From Candidatus Fraserbacteria bacterium (GTDB taxonomy: Bacteria; Bipolaricaulota; Bipolaricaulia; RBG-16-55-9; DRXL01), in NCBI GenBank assembly GCA_947085185.1, contig CAMTVK010000021.1, positions 32,001-96,000 on the forward strand: 64,000 nucleotides of DNA, given 5' to 3'. This document shows positions 20,340-29,278 of this stretch, piece after piece; position 1 is the first letter of the stretch; each line of letters begins with the position of its first letter. The translations under genes were made by a program, and so were the position numbers. The notes below the pieces were generated by a model. It did no database searches, was not told the origin of the DNA, and saw only the letters and a list, made by a program, of their open reading frames with translations.

Positions 20340-20422
20340 GCTTGCCCTTAGGAAGAATCAATAGGCTCCAATGACGCTACAATCAAGCTGTGGGACATCA
20401 GCGATCTGGTGGGGAGGTGAGC

Positions 20423-20653
20423 ATGAGCAAGAAGCAGAAAGAAATCTTAAGATTGCTCGTCACCCTGGAGCCGGGCGAGGATGGCTATATCATCGCCGAA
20501 TGCCCGGCCATCCCCGGGTGTATGACTCAGGGGAAGACGGAAGCCGAGGCCCTGGCCAATATTAAAGAGGCCATTATCGGCTGTCTGAAGGTCCGCCAGG
20601 AGATGGGCCTGCCGCTCACTGTGGAGACCCGCGAAGTCGAGGTGACCCTGTGA
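20423..20653 (+). CDS. hicB: HicB family antitoxin (short form)
   Basis: EDGYIIAECPAIPGCMTQGKTEAEALANIKEAI; GGAGGTGA RBS. Confidence 0.9.
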   Translation: MSKKQKEILRLLVTLEPGEDGYIIAECPAIPGCMTQGKTEAEALANIKEAIIGCLKVRQEMGLPLTVETREVEVTL

Positions 20654-20759
20654 GTGGCACGCCTGCCTGTCGTGAGCGGGCGCGGGGCAGTTCGCGCGTG
20701 GCTTGATTCGCAAGGCGGGCTTGACGGTCGAAGAGTTCGTGAAGCTCCTGAAGTCCTAG
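20654..20759 (+). pseudogene. hicA: hicA toxin remnant with internal deletion
   Basis: N-terminus VARLPVVSGRGAVRA joined out of frame to C-terminus GLIRKAGLTVEEFVKLLKS*; the central GSH core is missing. Confidence 0.8.
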
Positions 20760-20772
20760 GGCCTCCGGCTCC

Positions 20773-20801
20773 TTGACAATGCCCTTCTGAGAGAGCTACA
20801 A
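20773..20801 (+). promoter_or_regulatory. Sigma70 promoter for PRTase-dprA-DUF559 operon
   Basis: TTGACA-17 bp-TACAAT. Confidence 0.7.
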
Positions 20802-20841
20802 TAGAATTGCTTGAGGCCCGGCCTACGGCAAAGGAGAGATC

Positions 20842-21519
20842 ATGGGCCTCAAGCACAAGATAGAAAGATCGTTTGATTCGCTGAGAACAGCAGTTTGTTC
20901 TGTTCTTCAGCGATTTTGTTCTTCTAGAGATCTTGCACCATCTGGCCCGCGCCAGCTGCTTGGCCCCTGGGAAGTCGGTTGGTCCCTCGAGCTTTATAGT
21001 TATCGTTTGGGAAGGACAAGGCGGCTGAGCGAGCTGGGGCGATTGGTGCGAAAGTACAAGTATCGTGGGCGGATTGATCTTGCGGATCGTTTGGTAGGTC
21101 GCATCTTGGCTTTTATGGAGCAGCACCCTGATCTGAAAGCGATAGACGGCATCATACCCGTACCGCCGTCGACAGAACGTCTGTACGATCCCGTGAGCTT
21201 GTTAGGACAAGTGCTGGCGCGACGCTTAGGCGTTCCCTTGCTCAGTGGGGCTTTGCGCAAGACCCGCACGACAGCTCGCCAGAAAGATATGCACTCCCGC
21301 TCACAGAAGCGCACGAACATCTCAGGCGCGTTCGTTGTTTGTGGCGACGTTCGCGGGAAATCGCTGTTAGTTCTAGATGATCTCTACGACTCCGGCGAGA
21401 CGCTGAGGGAGGTGACGCGCGTGCTCAAGCGCGCTGGAGTACGTTCAGTGAAAGTCTTGACGCTGACACGCACGCGGTATTATGAGCACACTGCATTGGC
21501 TGGCTCTCACCAAAGTTGA
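20842..21519 (+). CDS. ComF-family phosphoribosyltransferase-domain protein (no Zn finger)
   Basis: KYKYRG, IIPVPPS, LLVLDDLYDSGET PRPP-binding loop. Confidence 0.85.
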   Translation: MGLKHKIERSFDSLRTAVCSVLQRFCSSRDLAPSGPRQLLGPWEVGWSLELYSYRLGRTRRLSELGRLVRKYKYRGRIDLADRLVGRILAFMEQHPDLKAIDGIIPVPPSTERLYDPVSLLGQVLARRLGVPLLSGALRKTRTTARQKDMHSRSQKRTNISGAFVVCGDVRGKSLLVLDDLYDSGETLREVTRVLKRAGVRSVKVLTLTRTRYYEHTALAGSHQS

Positions 21520-22372
21520 CGGTCTAGGTGGGGCGCGGGCGCGCCGTCTGGTCGAGCACTTCGGCAGTGCCGAAGCTCTCTGGCACGCTGATATCGAGAC
21601 GCTCGTGCACGTGACGGGACTGCCGTCAGAGAATTTCATGGCTCTCCGGCAGATCTCTCTGGAAGAGATTGCGCAAGAATTGCAAGCTCTTCGTCAGGAG
21701 GGGATCGCAGTCCTGACGCCCGACGACGCTGAGTACCCCATACTGTTGAGAGACCTCCGCGACGCCCCGCCGGTGCTCTATCTGCGTGGCTCGTTGGAGG
21801 TTCGAGATCAGTATGCCGTAGCTATTGTGGGCAGCCGCCTTGCCGATCCTGGCTCAGGCGATAAGAAGATGGCCTGGACGCACGCTTTAGCCAAAACTTT
21901 AGCCGAGTGGGGGATCACCATTGTGAGCGGGTTGGCGCACGGAGTAGATTCGTGGGCGCACAGCGGGGCACTCGACGCTCGCGACGGCCGGACGATCGCG
22001 GTGCTGGGCTGCGGGCTGCGGCGCGTCTATCCCAAGCACAATACAGCGCTGGCAGATCGCATCGTTGCGCGTGGGGCGTTGCTCTCGGAGCTAGAACCTA
22101 ATGCGGGCACGTGCGGACAATTTCTGATGATGCGCGACCGACTCATCGCGGCGCTCTCGCACGCTGTGATCGTGATCGAAGCGCATGATCCCAGCGGAAG
22201 CCTCGACACAGCACAGCACGCTTTAAAACTCAAGCGTCGTGTGCTGGCAGTGCCGGGCAGCCCAGGGACGGAGAGGCTCATCGCTGAGGGCGCGGAGAAG
22301 ATCGAGATCACTAAAATAGATGCAGATGAGCTCGCTCAGAGCATTCTCTGCGTGGATGGTGGGGGACGATGA
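21482..22372 (+). CDS. dprA: DNA-processing protein DprA/Smf (no C-terminal winged helix)
   Basis: PPVLYLRG, AIVGSR, IVSGLAHGVD, AVLGCG, FLMMRDRLIAALS. Confidence 0.9.
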   Translation: MSTLHWLALTKVDGLGGARARRLVEHFGSAEALWHADIETLVHVTGLPSENFMALRQISLEEIAQELQALRQEGIAVLTPDDAEYPILLRDLRDAPPVLYLRGSLEVRDQYAVAIVGSRLADPGSGDKKMAWTHALAKTLAEWGITIVSGLAHGVDSWAHSGALDARDGRTIAVLGCGLRRVYPKHNTALADRIVARGALLSELEPNAGTCGQFLMMRDRLIAALSHAVIVIEAHDPSGSLDTAQHALKLKRRVLAVPGSPGTERLIAEGAEKIEITKIDADELAQSILCVDGGGR

Positions 22373-23163
22373 ACGGCTCAGTATATTATGGGCCGCCGAC
22401 GGCGCTTGTGGCTATTATGAACAACAAAGCTGATTTCGCGCGTGCTCGGCACGAGCACTGGTACAGAATCCCGGTGCGCAGCGCGCCGCCGCGCGTCGAT
22501 TTCTCTCAGTTGGTGCGTTTGGCGTTCTATCAAACCAAGATCTTCGGAGAGGAGAAATGGGCCGTGAACTATCACGCTGAGGTGCGCAGCGTTGATCGAG
22601 CCAAGCGCATCGAGCTGCTTCCTGACGAACGCGACCACCCTCGCGCCCAAGACGAGTATTATCGCCTCCAGATTGGCGATCTTGAGCGACTGCCCAAGCC
22701 CATTCCCAGCCGGCGCTGGCGCCGTATCGTCTTCATCCCAACAACGACGGAGAAGCTCTTTCAAGCTGAAGAGATCAACGACCTCTATCATGAAAGCCCC
22801 TTAGAGGACGAGCTGTGGCGTCATCTCAAGAGAGTTGGCATTCATGCGGAACGGCAGTTCTATATCGGCAAGCGAGATCGCATCTATTGTTTAGACTTTG
22901 CGATCTTCTGCGCGCGGGGGAACCTCAACGTCGAATGTAATGGTGAAGAATGGCACTCCGATCCAGAAGCGCAAGCGCGGGATGAGCAGAGAGACGCTGA
23001 CCTGGCACAATGGGGCTGGTCGGTGTTGCGCCTGACGACGCATCAGATTCGCAGCCGGATGAACCAATCTCTCAGCTTGATTCAAGAGCATATTCTCGGC
23101 CTTGGTGGGCTCAAAGAACCGTCATCTGGACCCAAGCGCTCATCTCTCTCCCCATTCCCTTAA
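22369..23163 (+). CDS. DUF559 (Vsr-like PD-(D/E)xK) endonuclease with PUA-like N-terminal domain
   Basis: C-terminal ESPLE..LW, ERQF, YCLDFA, VECNGEEWH, RDEQRD, GWSVLR; N-terminal WYRIP/LAFYQ domain. Confidence 0.8.
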   Translation: MNGSVYYGPPTALVAIMNNKADFARARHEHWYRIPVRSAPPRVDFSQLVRLAFYQTKIFGEEKWAVNYHAEVRSVDRAKRIELLPDERDHPRAQDEYYRLQIGDLERLPKPIPSRRWRRIVFIPTTTEKLFQAEEINDLYHESPLEDELWRHLKRVGIHAERQFYIGKRDRIYCLDFAIFCARGNLNVECNGEEWHSDPEAQARDEQRDADLAQWGWSVLRLTTHQIRSRMNQSLSLIQEHILGLGGLKEPSSGPKRSSLSPFP

Positions 23164-24282
23164 TCATGGCGGGAGCTGCTTGGGGAAGTTTATATCGCTC
23201 AACCCCGACGACGTCACGATGCGCCCATCGTCCGTGACTACGATGGCTTCAACGTTGGGCAGGCTCTCGATGAGCTCCATTCCCTTCTGCGCCCCCAAGA
23301 CGAAGACCGCGGTGCTGAGCGCGTCGGCTTCCATCGCTGTGGGGGCGAGGATCGTCGCGCTGATGGTGCCGCGCGCCGGCATCCCCGTCTTGGGATCAAT
23401 GATGTGATGATAGCGAATCTTGCCGGGCTCGTCCGCGTAGTGACACGGGAAGATATTCCCTAAAAAATCTGCGAAAAAGCATCGCTGATAGTCCCCGGAG
23501 GTCGCCAGCGCCCGATCTCCCCAAATCTCTAAAATTCCCAAAATCTTCTGCTCATCGCGGGGGTGTTGGACGGCTATGCGGAACGGTCGCCGATCCTCCC
23601 ACCACAAGACTTTTCTGGGACGATCATTGAAGACCCGAATGTTCCCACCAGCATCAACGAGCGCGCGCTCGATCTCATGCTCTTTGAGGATTTCTACGAC
23701 TCGATCGACGATATACCCCTTGGCAATGCCCCCCAAGTCAACCTCGACGGTAGCGCTGGAGAGCCGAGCAGTCTGGGAGGGCCTATCGAGAATGATCTCG
23801 CGCGGCTCTTCTATCAATGGGTGCAGGGATGCTGGCGCGGGGATGCGCCCGACTCCGGAGCGATCCCAGTCTTGCGTGAACCCCCACAGATTGACGATCT
23901 TTCCCAGGGTGGGATCGAACGCGCCCGCACTGAGAGCGCGATAGGCGAGAGCCGCTTCTAACACGGTGAAGACGTCTCGTGAGAGCGGGACCGGCTCGCG
24001 CGCGCCACGACGGTTGAGCTCCCCCAGCGATCCCGTCCCAATGCGACTGAACTCCTCCGAAAGTCTTTTGGCTTCAGCGAACGCTGCGCGCACGGCTTGC
24101 TGCGCGTGCTCGTGGGAGCGACTCTGCGCTTTGATGCGAAAATATGTGCCCAAAAGATACTGTTCTTCTTGGACAACGGCGACCCGTCCTTGGAGATAGA
24201 GCAAGACGAGCGAGAGCGCCACAATGATACAGAGAGAGATCTTTAAAACAGAGAGCGCGCGTCGCACCGTTAGCCGATCCAC
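23164..24282 (-). CDS. apbE: FAD:protein FMN transferase
   Basis: GAFDPTLG, DLGGIAKGY, ATSGDYQR, HHIIDPKTG, ADALSTA. Confidence 0.95.
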   Translation of the reverse strand: MDRLTVRRALSVLKISLCIIVALSLVLLYLQGRVAVVQEEQYLLGTYFRIKAQSRSHEHAQQAVRAAFAEAKRLSEEFSRIGTGSLGELNRRGAREPVPLSRDVFTVLEAALAYRALSAGAFDPTLGKIVNLWGFTQDWDRSGVGRIPAPASLHPLIEEPREIILDRPSQTARLSSATVEVDLGGIAKGYIVDRVVEILKEHEIERALVDAGGNIRVFNDRPRKVLWWEDRRPFRIAVQHPRDEQKILGILEIWGDRALATSGDYQRCFFADFLGNIFPCHYADEPGKIRYHHIIDPKTGMPARGTISATILAPTAMEADALSTAVFVLGAQKGMELIESLPNVEAIVVTDDGRIVTSSGLSDINFPKQLPP

Positions 24283-25886
24283 TCCCGGGGGATCGTGCTG
24301 TAATCTTCATCGAGCCGGATCTCTTTCACTTCGTCGGGGCTGAGCGCGAGTTCTCGCAAGCTCTCCCCGTCGTAGCGCAACAGCACCCCTTGCTCTTCGG
24401 TGACCGCCGTCAGGGGGCGTTCGGGATGGATGCGGTTGCGCGTGGGGTCGGGATCTTTCACTTTTCTCTTGATGATCGTCTTGAGGTTGACTGGGCGACC
24501 CCACATCGAGTAAATATTCTTGAGCACTTCTTTGGCCTCTTCAAGATGCAATCCTACGCCGTTATAGAAGTGCAAGAGCAACAGCTCCCCCTTGTTGCCG
24601 TAGTTGCCTGTGGCTACTTTAATAATAGGTCGTCCAAGATTTGTATGTTGGAAGAGCAGCTTCTTCTTGACGTCGGTAAAGTCACGCGACGTGATGTGAT
24701 ACGCTCCGGTTTCGGGGATATACTCATACGCGAAGAGCTTGAGCTTCTCGAAGAGCTCTTCTGTGAAAAATTCCGAGAGGAACATCACGTCATTATAGGT
24801 GCGTCGGACTTCGAAGATCTTCTCTGTGCCGAGATTGGCTTTGGTGTCCCACTTTTTTTTCTTCTGTGGGTCTGTGCACAATTCCCAGTCGCGTCCAAAG
24901 CGCCCTTTGTCCCAGCGCTCTTTGATGTCCTCCCAGATCAGCTTCCCCAGGGCATAGGGGTTGAGAGCGCCACCGGCTAAGACTTTGCTGACCATATCGG
25001 CATGGTCTATGAACTCGTTGGGCTGAGCGAATTCCGACATGAGCTTGGCTTGCCACAGCATCGCCCAGCCTTCATTCATGATCTTCGTCTGAATCTGTGG
25101 GACGAAATAGTACGACTCCTCGCGGATCATCGCTAAGATATCTTTTTGCCAGTTCTCCAAGCGCCCGTACTTCATAAGAAACCCAAGGAGGTCTTTCTGG
25201 GGTTTGACTAAGTCGGTCTCGTCGCGGGGCTGGCGGGCGCGGGCTTGCTGGAGGCGCGCACGCCGCTCTTGTAGCCATTGGGGGGGATTGACGAAGCGAT
25301 CCATGTAGTCCCGCTTGACCGGGATGCGCACAGGTTCTTTCTCGCGCCCGTCTTCCTCGACGCGATGCCATGAGCGCTTGATGAACGGCGCATATTGATC
25401 AATTTCGTACTCCAGAGAGAGCGCCTTGTCAATGAAAGATTCCACTTCGGTGATGCCGTATTTGCCCATGTACTCTTCGATGCGCTCGGCATGGGTGTGC
25501 ATCACTTTGATCATATCTTTGGGGGTTTTGGAGAACCAGCGATTGTTCTTGAAAAAGTCCACGTGCGCGTAGACGTGGAGCATGACCCCTTTGTTTTCCA
25601 CGGGGGTGTTGCTCTCGCGCAGATACGCGATAGCCGGGTTGGTGTTCAAGACCAACTCGTAGGTCCACCAGCCCGAATATGCGGAGCGCTTGCGAAAGTA
25701 GTCATAACTCATGCCGAACGACCAGTGGGGAAATCGTTCGGGGAAGCCGTCATAGGCAGAATACTCATTGAGTTGGTCGTGGTCAACGACGCCGAAGATG
25801 ACCGGCCAGGGGTCAAGCCCTGCGGATTCCGCGAGCGCTCGCGCCTCGGCGCGGAGCCTCTCCAGCTCACGAATCTTTTTTGACAT
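24270..25886 (-). CDS. spoVR: SpoVR/YcgB family protein
   Basis: RFPHWSFG, HVYAHVDFFKNN, PQIQTKIMNEGWA, NPYALG. Confidence 0.93.
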   Translation of the reverse strand: MSKKIRELERLRAEARALAESAGLDPWPVIFGVVDHDQLNEYSAYDGFPERFPHWSFGMSYDYFRKRSAYSGWWTYELVLNTNPAIAYLRESNTPVENKGVMLHVYAHVDFFKNNRWFSKTPKDMIKVMHTHAERIEEYMGKYGITEVESFIDKALSLEYEIDQYAPFIKRSWHRVEEDGREKEPVRIPVKRDYMDRFVNPPQWLQERRARLQQARARQPRDETDLVKPQKDLLGFLMKYGRLENWQKDILAMIREESYYFVPQIQTKIMNEGWAMLWQAKLMSEFAQPNEFIDHADMVSKVLAGGALNPYALGKLIWEDIKERWDKGRFGRDWELCTDPQKKKKWDTKANLGTEKIFEVRRTYNDVMFLSEFFTEELFEKLKLFAYEYIPETGAYHITSRDFTDVKKKLLFQHTNLGRPIIKVATGNYGNKGELLLLHFYNGVGLHLEEAKEVLKNIYSMWGRPVNLKTIIKRKVKDPDPTRNRIHPERPLTAVTEEQGVLLRYDGESLRELALSPDEVKEIRLDEDYSTIPREWIG

Positions 25887-25888
25887 AG

Positions 25889-27010
25889 CTACTTTCCCTT
25901 CCCCAAGAACTCTTTAATAGACTGCAAGATATCTTGGCGATCCGAGATGATGGACGTGACCAGACGGTCGTGCTCTGCCAGACGCTCTTTGAGTTTCATC
26001 AGATGGAGTCCAGGCGAGCGCCGCCCCGGGGTCACCTGCCCGTAGCAGAAGAGATTGACTTTAGGGAGCAACTGATCATGCAAGAGCGGCACACAGGCAT
26101 CTTCGGTGTCGCCGATCCAGTTCTCCCCATCGCTGAAGTGGAACACGTAGATATTCCAAGAGTGGGGGGGATAGCGCCGATCAATGATGCGGTTGCACAG
26201 CTCGTATGCGGAGCTGATGCGCGTGCCCCCGCCCGTGCTCAAACTATAGAAGTCATCTTCGTTGACTTCTTGCGCTTCGTAGTCATGGAGGATATAGACT
26301 CGGTCTACGTTCTTGTAGTTGGTGCGGAGCCAGAGATCAATCCACCAGTTCTCTTGGCGGATGATCTCGGTCTTCTCGCCGGACATCGAGCCGGAGGCAT
26401 CTCGGATGAAGAGGATGACGCAGTTGGCTTCTGGGGACTCGCTGGGGGTGCCGTGGAGATAGCGCATGTCTTCTTTGATCGGGGTCACGATGATCGTATC
26501 GGAGGGGCCAGAAGATGGGGTCAAGAGCATATGGCGCAGGAGTCCTCTCCGAAAGGCGCGGCGCTTCATGAGCAAGGCCTCCGGCCCCACGGTGGCGACG
26601 TCCTCGTACTCCTCGCTCCCGCTGAGGACGTGCTTATGGCCCTTGGGTTGGATTTTAGGCAGCTCCAGCTCTTCTCCCAAGATCTCCGCGAGCTCCCTGA
26701 TCTCGATCTCGACCTCGCGGAAGTGCGGGCCGGGCCCGTAGCCGGCGTGGCCGTTCCCGTTCCCATCTTGTGTGGGAGCGAGCTGGATCGGCTCACCGAT
26801 CTCGCCCTCGCCTGCCCCGATGCCTCCTTGCTCGCGAGGGTCGTAGCGAAATTGCGGGATGCGAATAGATTTTATGGGGACTCGCACGATTCGTGAGCCC
26901 TTCTGGCCCACGATCGAGCCATTCTCGATCAGCTCTTTCAGATTCTTGCGGATCTCCCCGCGCACGATCTTCTTAAAGCGTTCTAAGTCTTTGAGAATGC
27001 GCTTGGGCAT
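25889..27010 (-). CDS. YeaH/YhbH (DUF444) vWA-like protein
   Basis: RDASGSM MIDAS motif, GGGTRISSAY, WNIYVFHFSDGEN; ATG at 27010. Confidence 0.92.
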   Translation of the reverse strand: MPKRILKDLERFKKIVRGEIRKNLKELIENGSIVGQKGSRIVRVPIKSIRIPQFRYDPREQGGIGAGEGEIGEPIQLAPTQDGNGNGHAGYGPGPHFREVEIEIRELAEILGEELELPKIQPKGHKHVLSGSEEYEDVATVGPEALLMKRRAFRRGLLRHMLLTPSSGPSDTIIVTPIKEDMRYLHGTPSESPEANCVILFIRDASGSMSGEKTEIIRQENWWIDLWLRTNYKNVDRVYILHDYEAQEVNEDDFYSLSTGGGTRISSAYELCNRIIDRRYPPHSWNIYVFHFSDGENWIGDTEDACVPLLHDQLLPKVNLFCYGQVTPGRRSPGLHLMKLKERLAEHDRLVTSIISDRQDILQSIKEFLGKGK

Positions 27011-27015
27011 AGGCT

Positions 27016-29082
27016 TCACACTCTGCGGCTCTCGCGTTCCTCCAGCTCTTCGCGGGCGACCTCCGCGCCGGCATAGTCGATGACGTTCTCGGCGCAGACG
27101 TCGCAGTAGCCGTATTCGCTCTTGAGACGCTCGATCCATTCGGCTTTGCGGCGCTTGTGTTCAGGATCGGTCGTCTTGTCGCTGACCATCGCCGTGAAGT
27201 TAATATTGTGCTTCTTATCTTCCCAGAGTTTCTTCTCGAGAGCTCTTCTTAAGCGATCGTTCTGTTCGGGGTTGAACGGCTCGCCCTTGCGGGCGCGCTC
27301 GCTGATCCAGTTGGAGATCTCTTGTCTGAAGTCGTCCTTCTGCGCTTCGGTGATCCCGATCTGCTTCTCGATAGAACGCATGAACTCTTCGTCCGGCTCC
27401 ATCTCTTCTCCCGTATAGCGATCTTCGACTTTCTCGTCGTTGAGATAGGCCATGACGTGATCTAAATATTTCTGTCCGACTTGGCGCAGTTCGTCGGGGT
27501 CGTGGCTGATGACGCGACGGACTTCTTCTTGACAGATGGCCGACAGCTCTTCTTTGACTTGCTCGATATATTCTTTGTACTCTTCAATGCGGTTCTCGTC
27601 CACCCCAGGGTGATGAGCTAAGTTGTCTTCGAGCATGGCCAGGACGCGATAGGGGTTGATGCAGCCCTCCACGTCGTTGACGAGCGCCTTGCTGATCATG
27701 TCAATGACGTAGCGGGGGCTGATGCCGAAGAAGCCCTCTTCGCCTTTGGCCTCTTCCATAATCTTCTTGACGTCCACGGTGCGATTGGGGATAGATTCCC
27801 CATCGTAGATTTTGGCCTTCTGCAAGATCGAGATATCTGCACCTGGCTCCTCAAGGCGCGTCAAGACCGCCCAGAGCGCGGCCATCTCCAGCGTATGCGG
27901 CGCGATATGCTTGCCCCACACACGATTCTTGCCGAAGAATTTTCTGTAGATGCGCTCTTCGTCGGACTTGCGCAAGACGTATGGGATATCGATCTTGCGG
28001 GTGCGGTCGTTGAACGCTTCCATCTTTTCGTTGCTTTTGACGCGCTTGTATTCGGGGCTGTTGGTGCGCCCCAAAATGACCGTGTCGATATCGATGCGTG
28101 GGTTTTTCTTGGGCTTGATCACGTGCTCTTGGGTGGCGTGCAAAAAGTCATAGAGAAATTCTTCTTGGAGCTTGAGCAGCTCTTCGCCGTCGAAGATGCC
28201 CCGGTTGGCGACACAGAGTTCTCCATCGTAGTTAAACGCTCGTGGGTCGGAGTCGCTGCCGTAGACCTGCACCAATCTCCAATTGAGCCCGCCGGTCAGT
28301 TCCTCTTCGTCTTGGTTCTTTTTATCTTTGGGCTCGAAGGTCGCGATGCCCCGACGATCCTTTTCGCTCAAGATAAGCCGTCGCACCGTCACGTGCTTGA
28401 GGACTTTCTCTAAGTCATCTTCATACAGTCTCATAAAGCGATTGAAGTAGAACCGGCACTTGGGGCACAGATCTCCCTCGACGCGCAGCTCGTATTCGCC
28501 GTGATATTTCTCTTTGAAGATGCGGTTGAGATCGGTTAGGATCTTTTGGCGCATCTCCATGGGGATGAGCCGCAGGGGCTCTTCGAAGATCGGGCAGGGG
28601 ACGACATCGGTGGGTTCGTCGTCGAAGTCTGAGACGTCCCATTCGAAGGTGTAGAGCCGGCCCTCATCGGTCTTGGAATACTCTTCGAGGCCACGGCGGA
28701 AGAGCCGCCCGATGGTGGACTTGCTGGTCGCAACAGGCCCATGCAGCAAGATAACCCGACGATCCGGCCCTAATCCCTTCGCGGCGGCGTTGAGCGTGTC
28801 CACGAGATTTTTCAGAGATTCGTCGATCCCATAGATGGCGTCCTCGCCCTTGCCGAAGGGATCATCGAAGAGGTTATAGCGAATCACTTCCTTGTCGTGG
28901 ACTTTGGCGATATGAGTGCCGTGGCTGAGGATCATGTCATAGAGCCGTTGGTACGCATTGCGCACCAACCGTGGATCCTCAAAGACCATCTGCAGATACT
29001 CTTCAAACGAAATCGGACGATACTTATCGCGGACTTGGGTCTCTTTGAGCTCCCGCGTGATCTCGCGCACGATGCTCTCCAT
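27016..29082 (-). CDS. prkA: PrkA/YeaG family AAA+ protein kinase
   Basis: YGSDSDPRAFNYDGELCVANRG, HIAPHTLEMAALW, GISPRY; AGGAGG RBS before ATG 29082. Confidence 0.93.
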   Translation of the reverse strand: MESIVREITRELKETQVRDKYRPISFEEYLQMVFEDPRLVRNAYQRLYDMILSHGTHIAKVHDKEVIRYNLFDDPFGKGEDAIYGIDESLKNLVDTLNAAAKGLGPDRRVILLHGPVATSKSTIGRLFRRGLEEYSKTDEGRLYTFEWDVSDFDDEPTDVVPCPIFEEPLRLIPMEMRQKILTDLNRIFKEKYHGEYELRVEGDLCPKCRFYFNRFMRLYEDDLEKVLKHVTVRRLILSEKDRRGIATFEPKDKKNQDEEELTGGLNWRLVQVYGSDSDPRAFNYDGELCVANRGIFDGEELLKLQEEFLYDFLHATQEHVIKPKKNPRIDIDTVILGRTNSPEYKRVKSNEKMEAFNDRTRKIDIPYVLRKSDEERIYRKFFGKNRVWGKHIAPHTLEMAALWAVLTRLEEPGADISILQKAKIYDGESIPNRTVDVKKIMEEAKGEEGFFGISPRYVIDMISKALVNDVEGCINPYRVLAMLEDNLAHHPGVDENRIEEYKEYIEQVKEELSAICQEEVRRVISHDPDELRQVGQKYLDHVMAYLNDEKVEDRYTGEEMEPDEEFMRSIEKQIGITEAQKDDFRQEISNWISERARKGEPFNPEQNDRLRRALEKKLWEDKKHNINFTAMVSDKTTDPEHKRRKAEWIERLKSEYGYCDVCAENVIDYAGAEVAREELEERESRRV

Positions 29083-29278
29083 GCCTGTCACCTCCTGTGC
29101 TCTATTATAGCAGAACTCGGGAGTCCTGGGACGCTGAGCCTGCTTGCTCGCCGGCCTATCATAGCTATTATATATCGCTTATGCAGGACGAAGTTCCCTC
29201 CTCTGCCGAGACAAATTTCTGAGGGAGGGGGTTGACTTTCTCTGTGACTTGCGCTACTCTTACACCGATGAGGTGGAT

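Noticed and set aside
25934..26896. 320-aa plus-strand ORF and similar long antisense ORFs (e.g. 59074-59997)
   Set aside because: Antisense shadows of well-supported genes in GC-rich DNA; no motifs.
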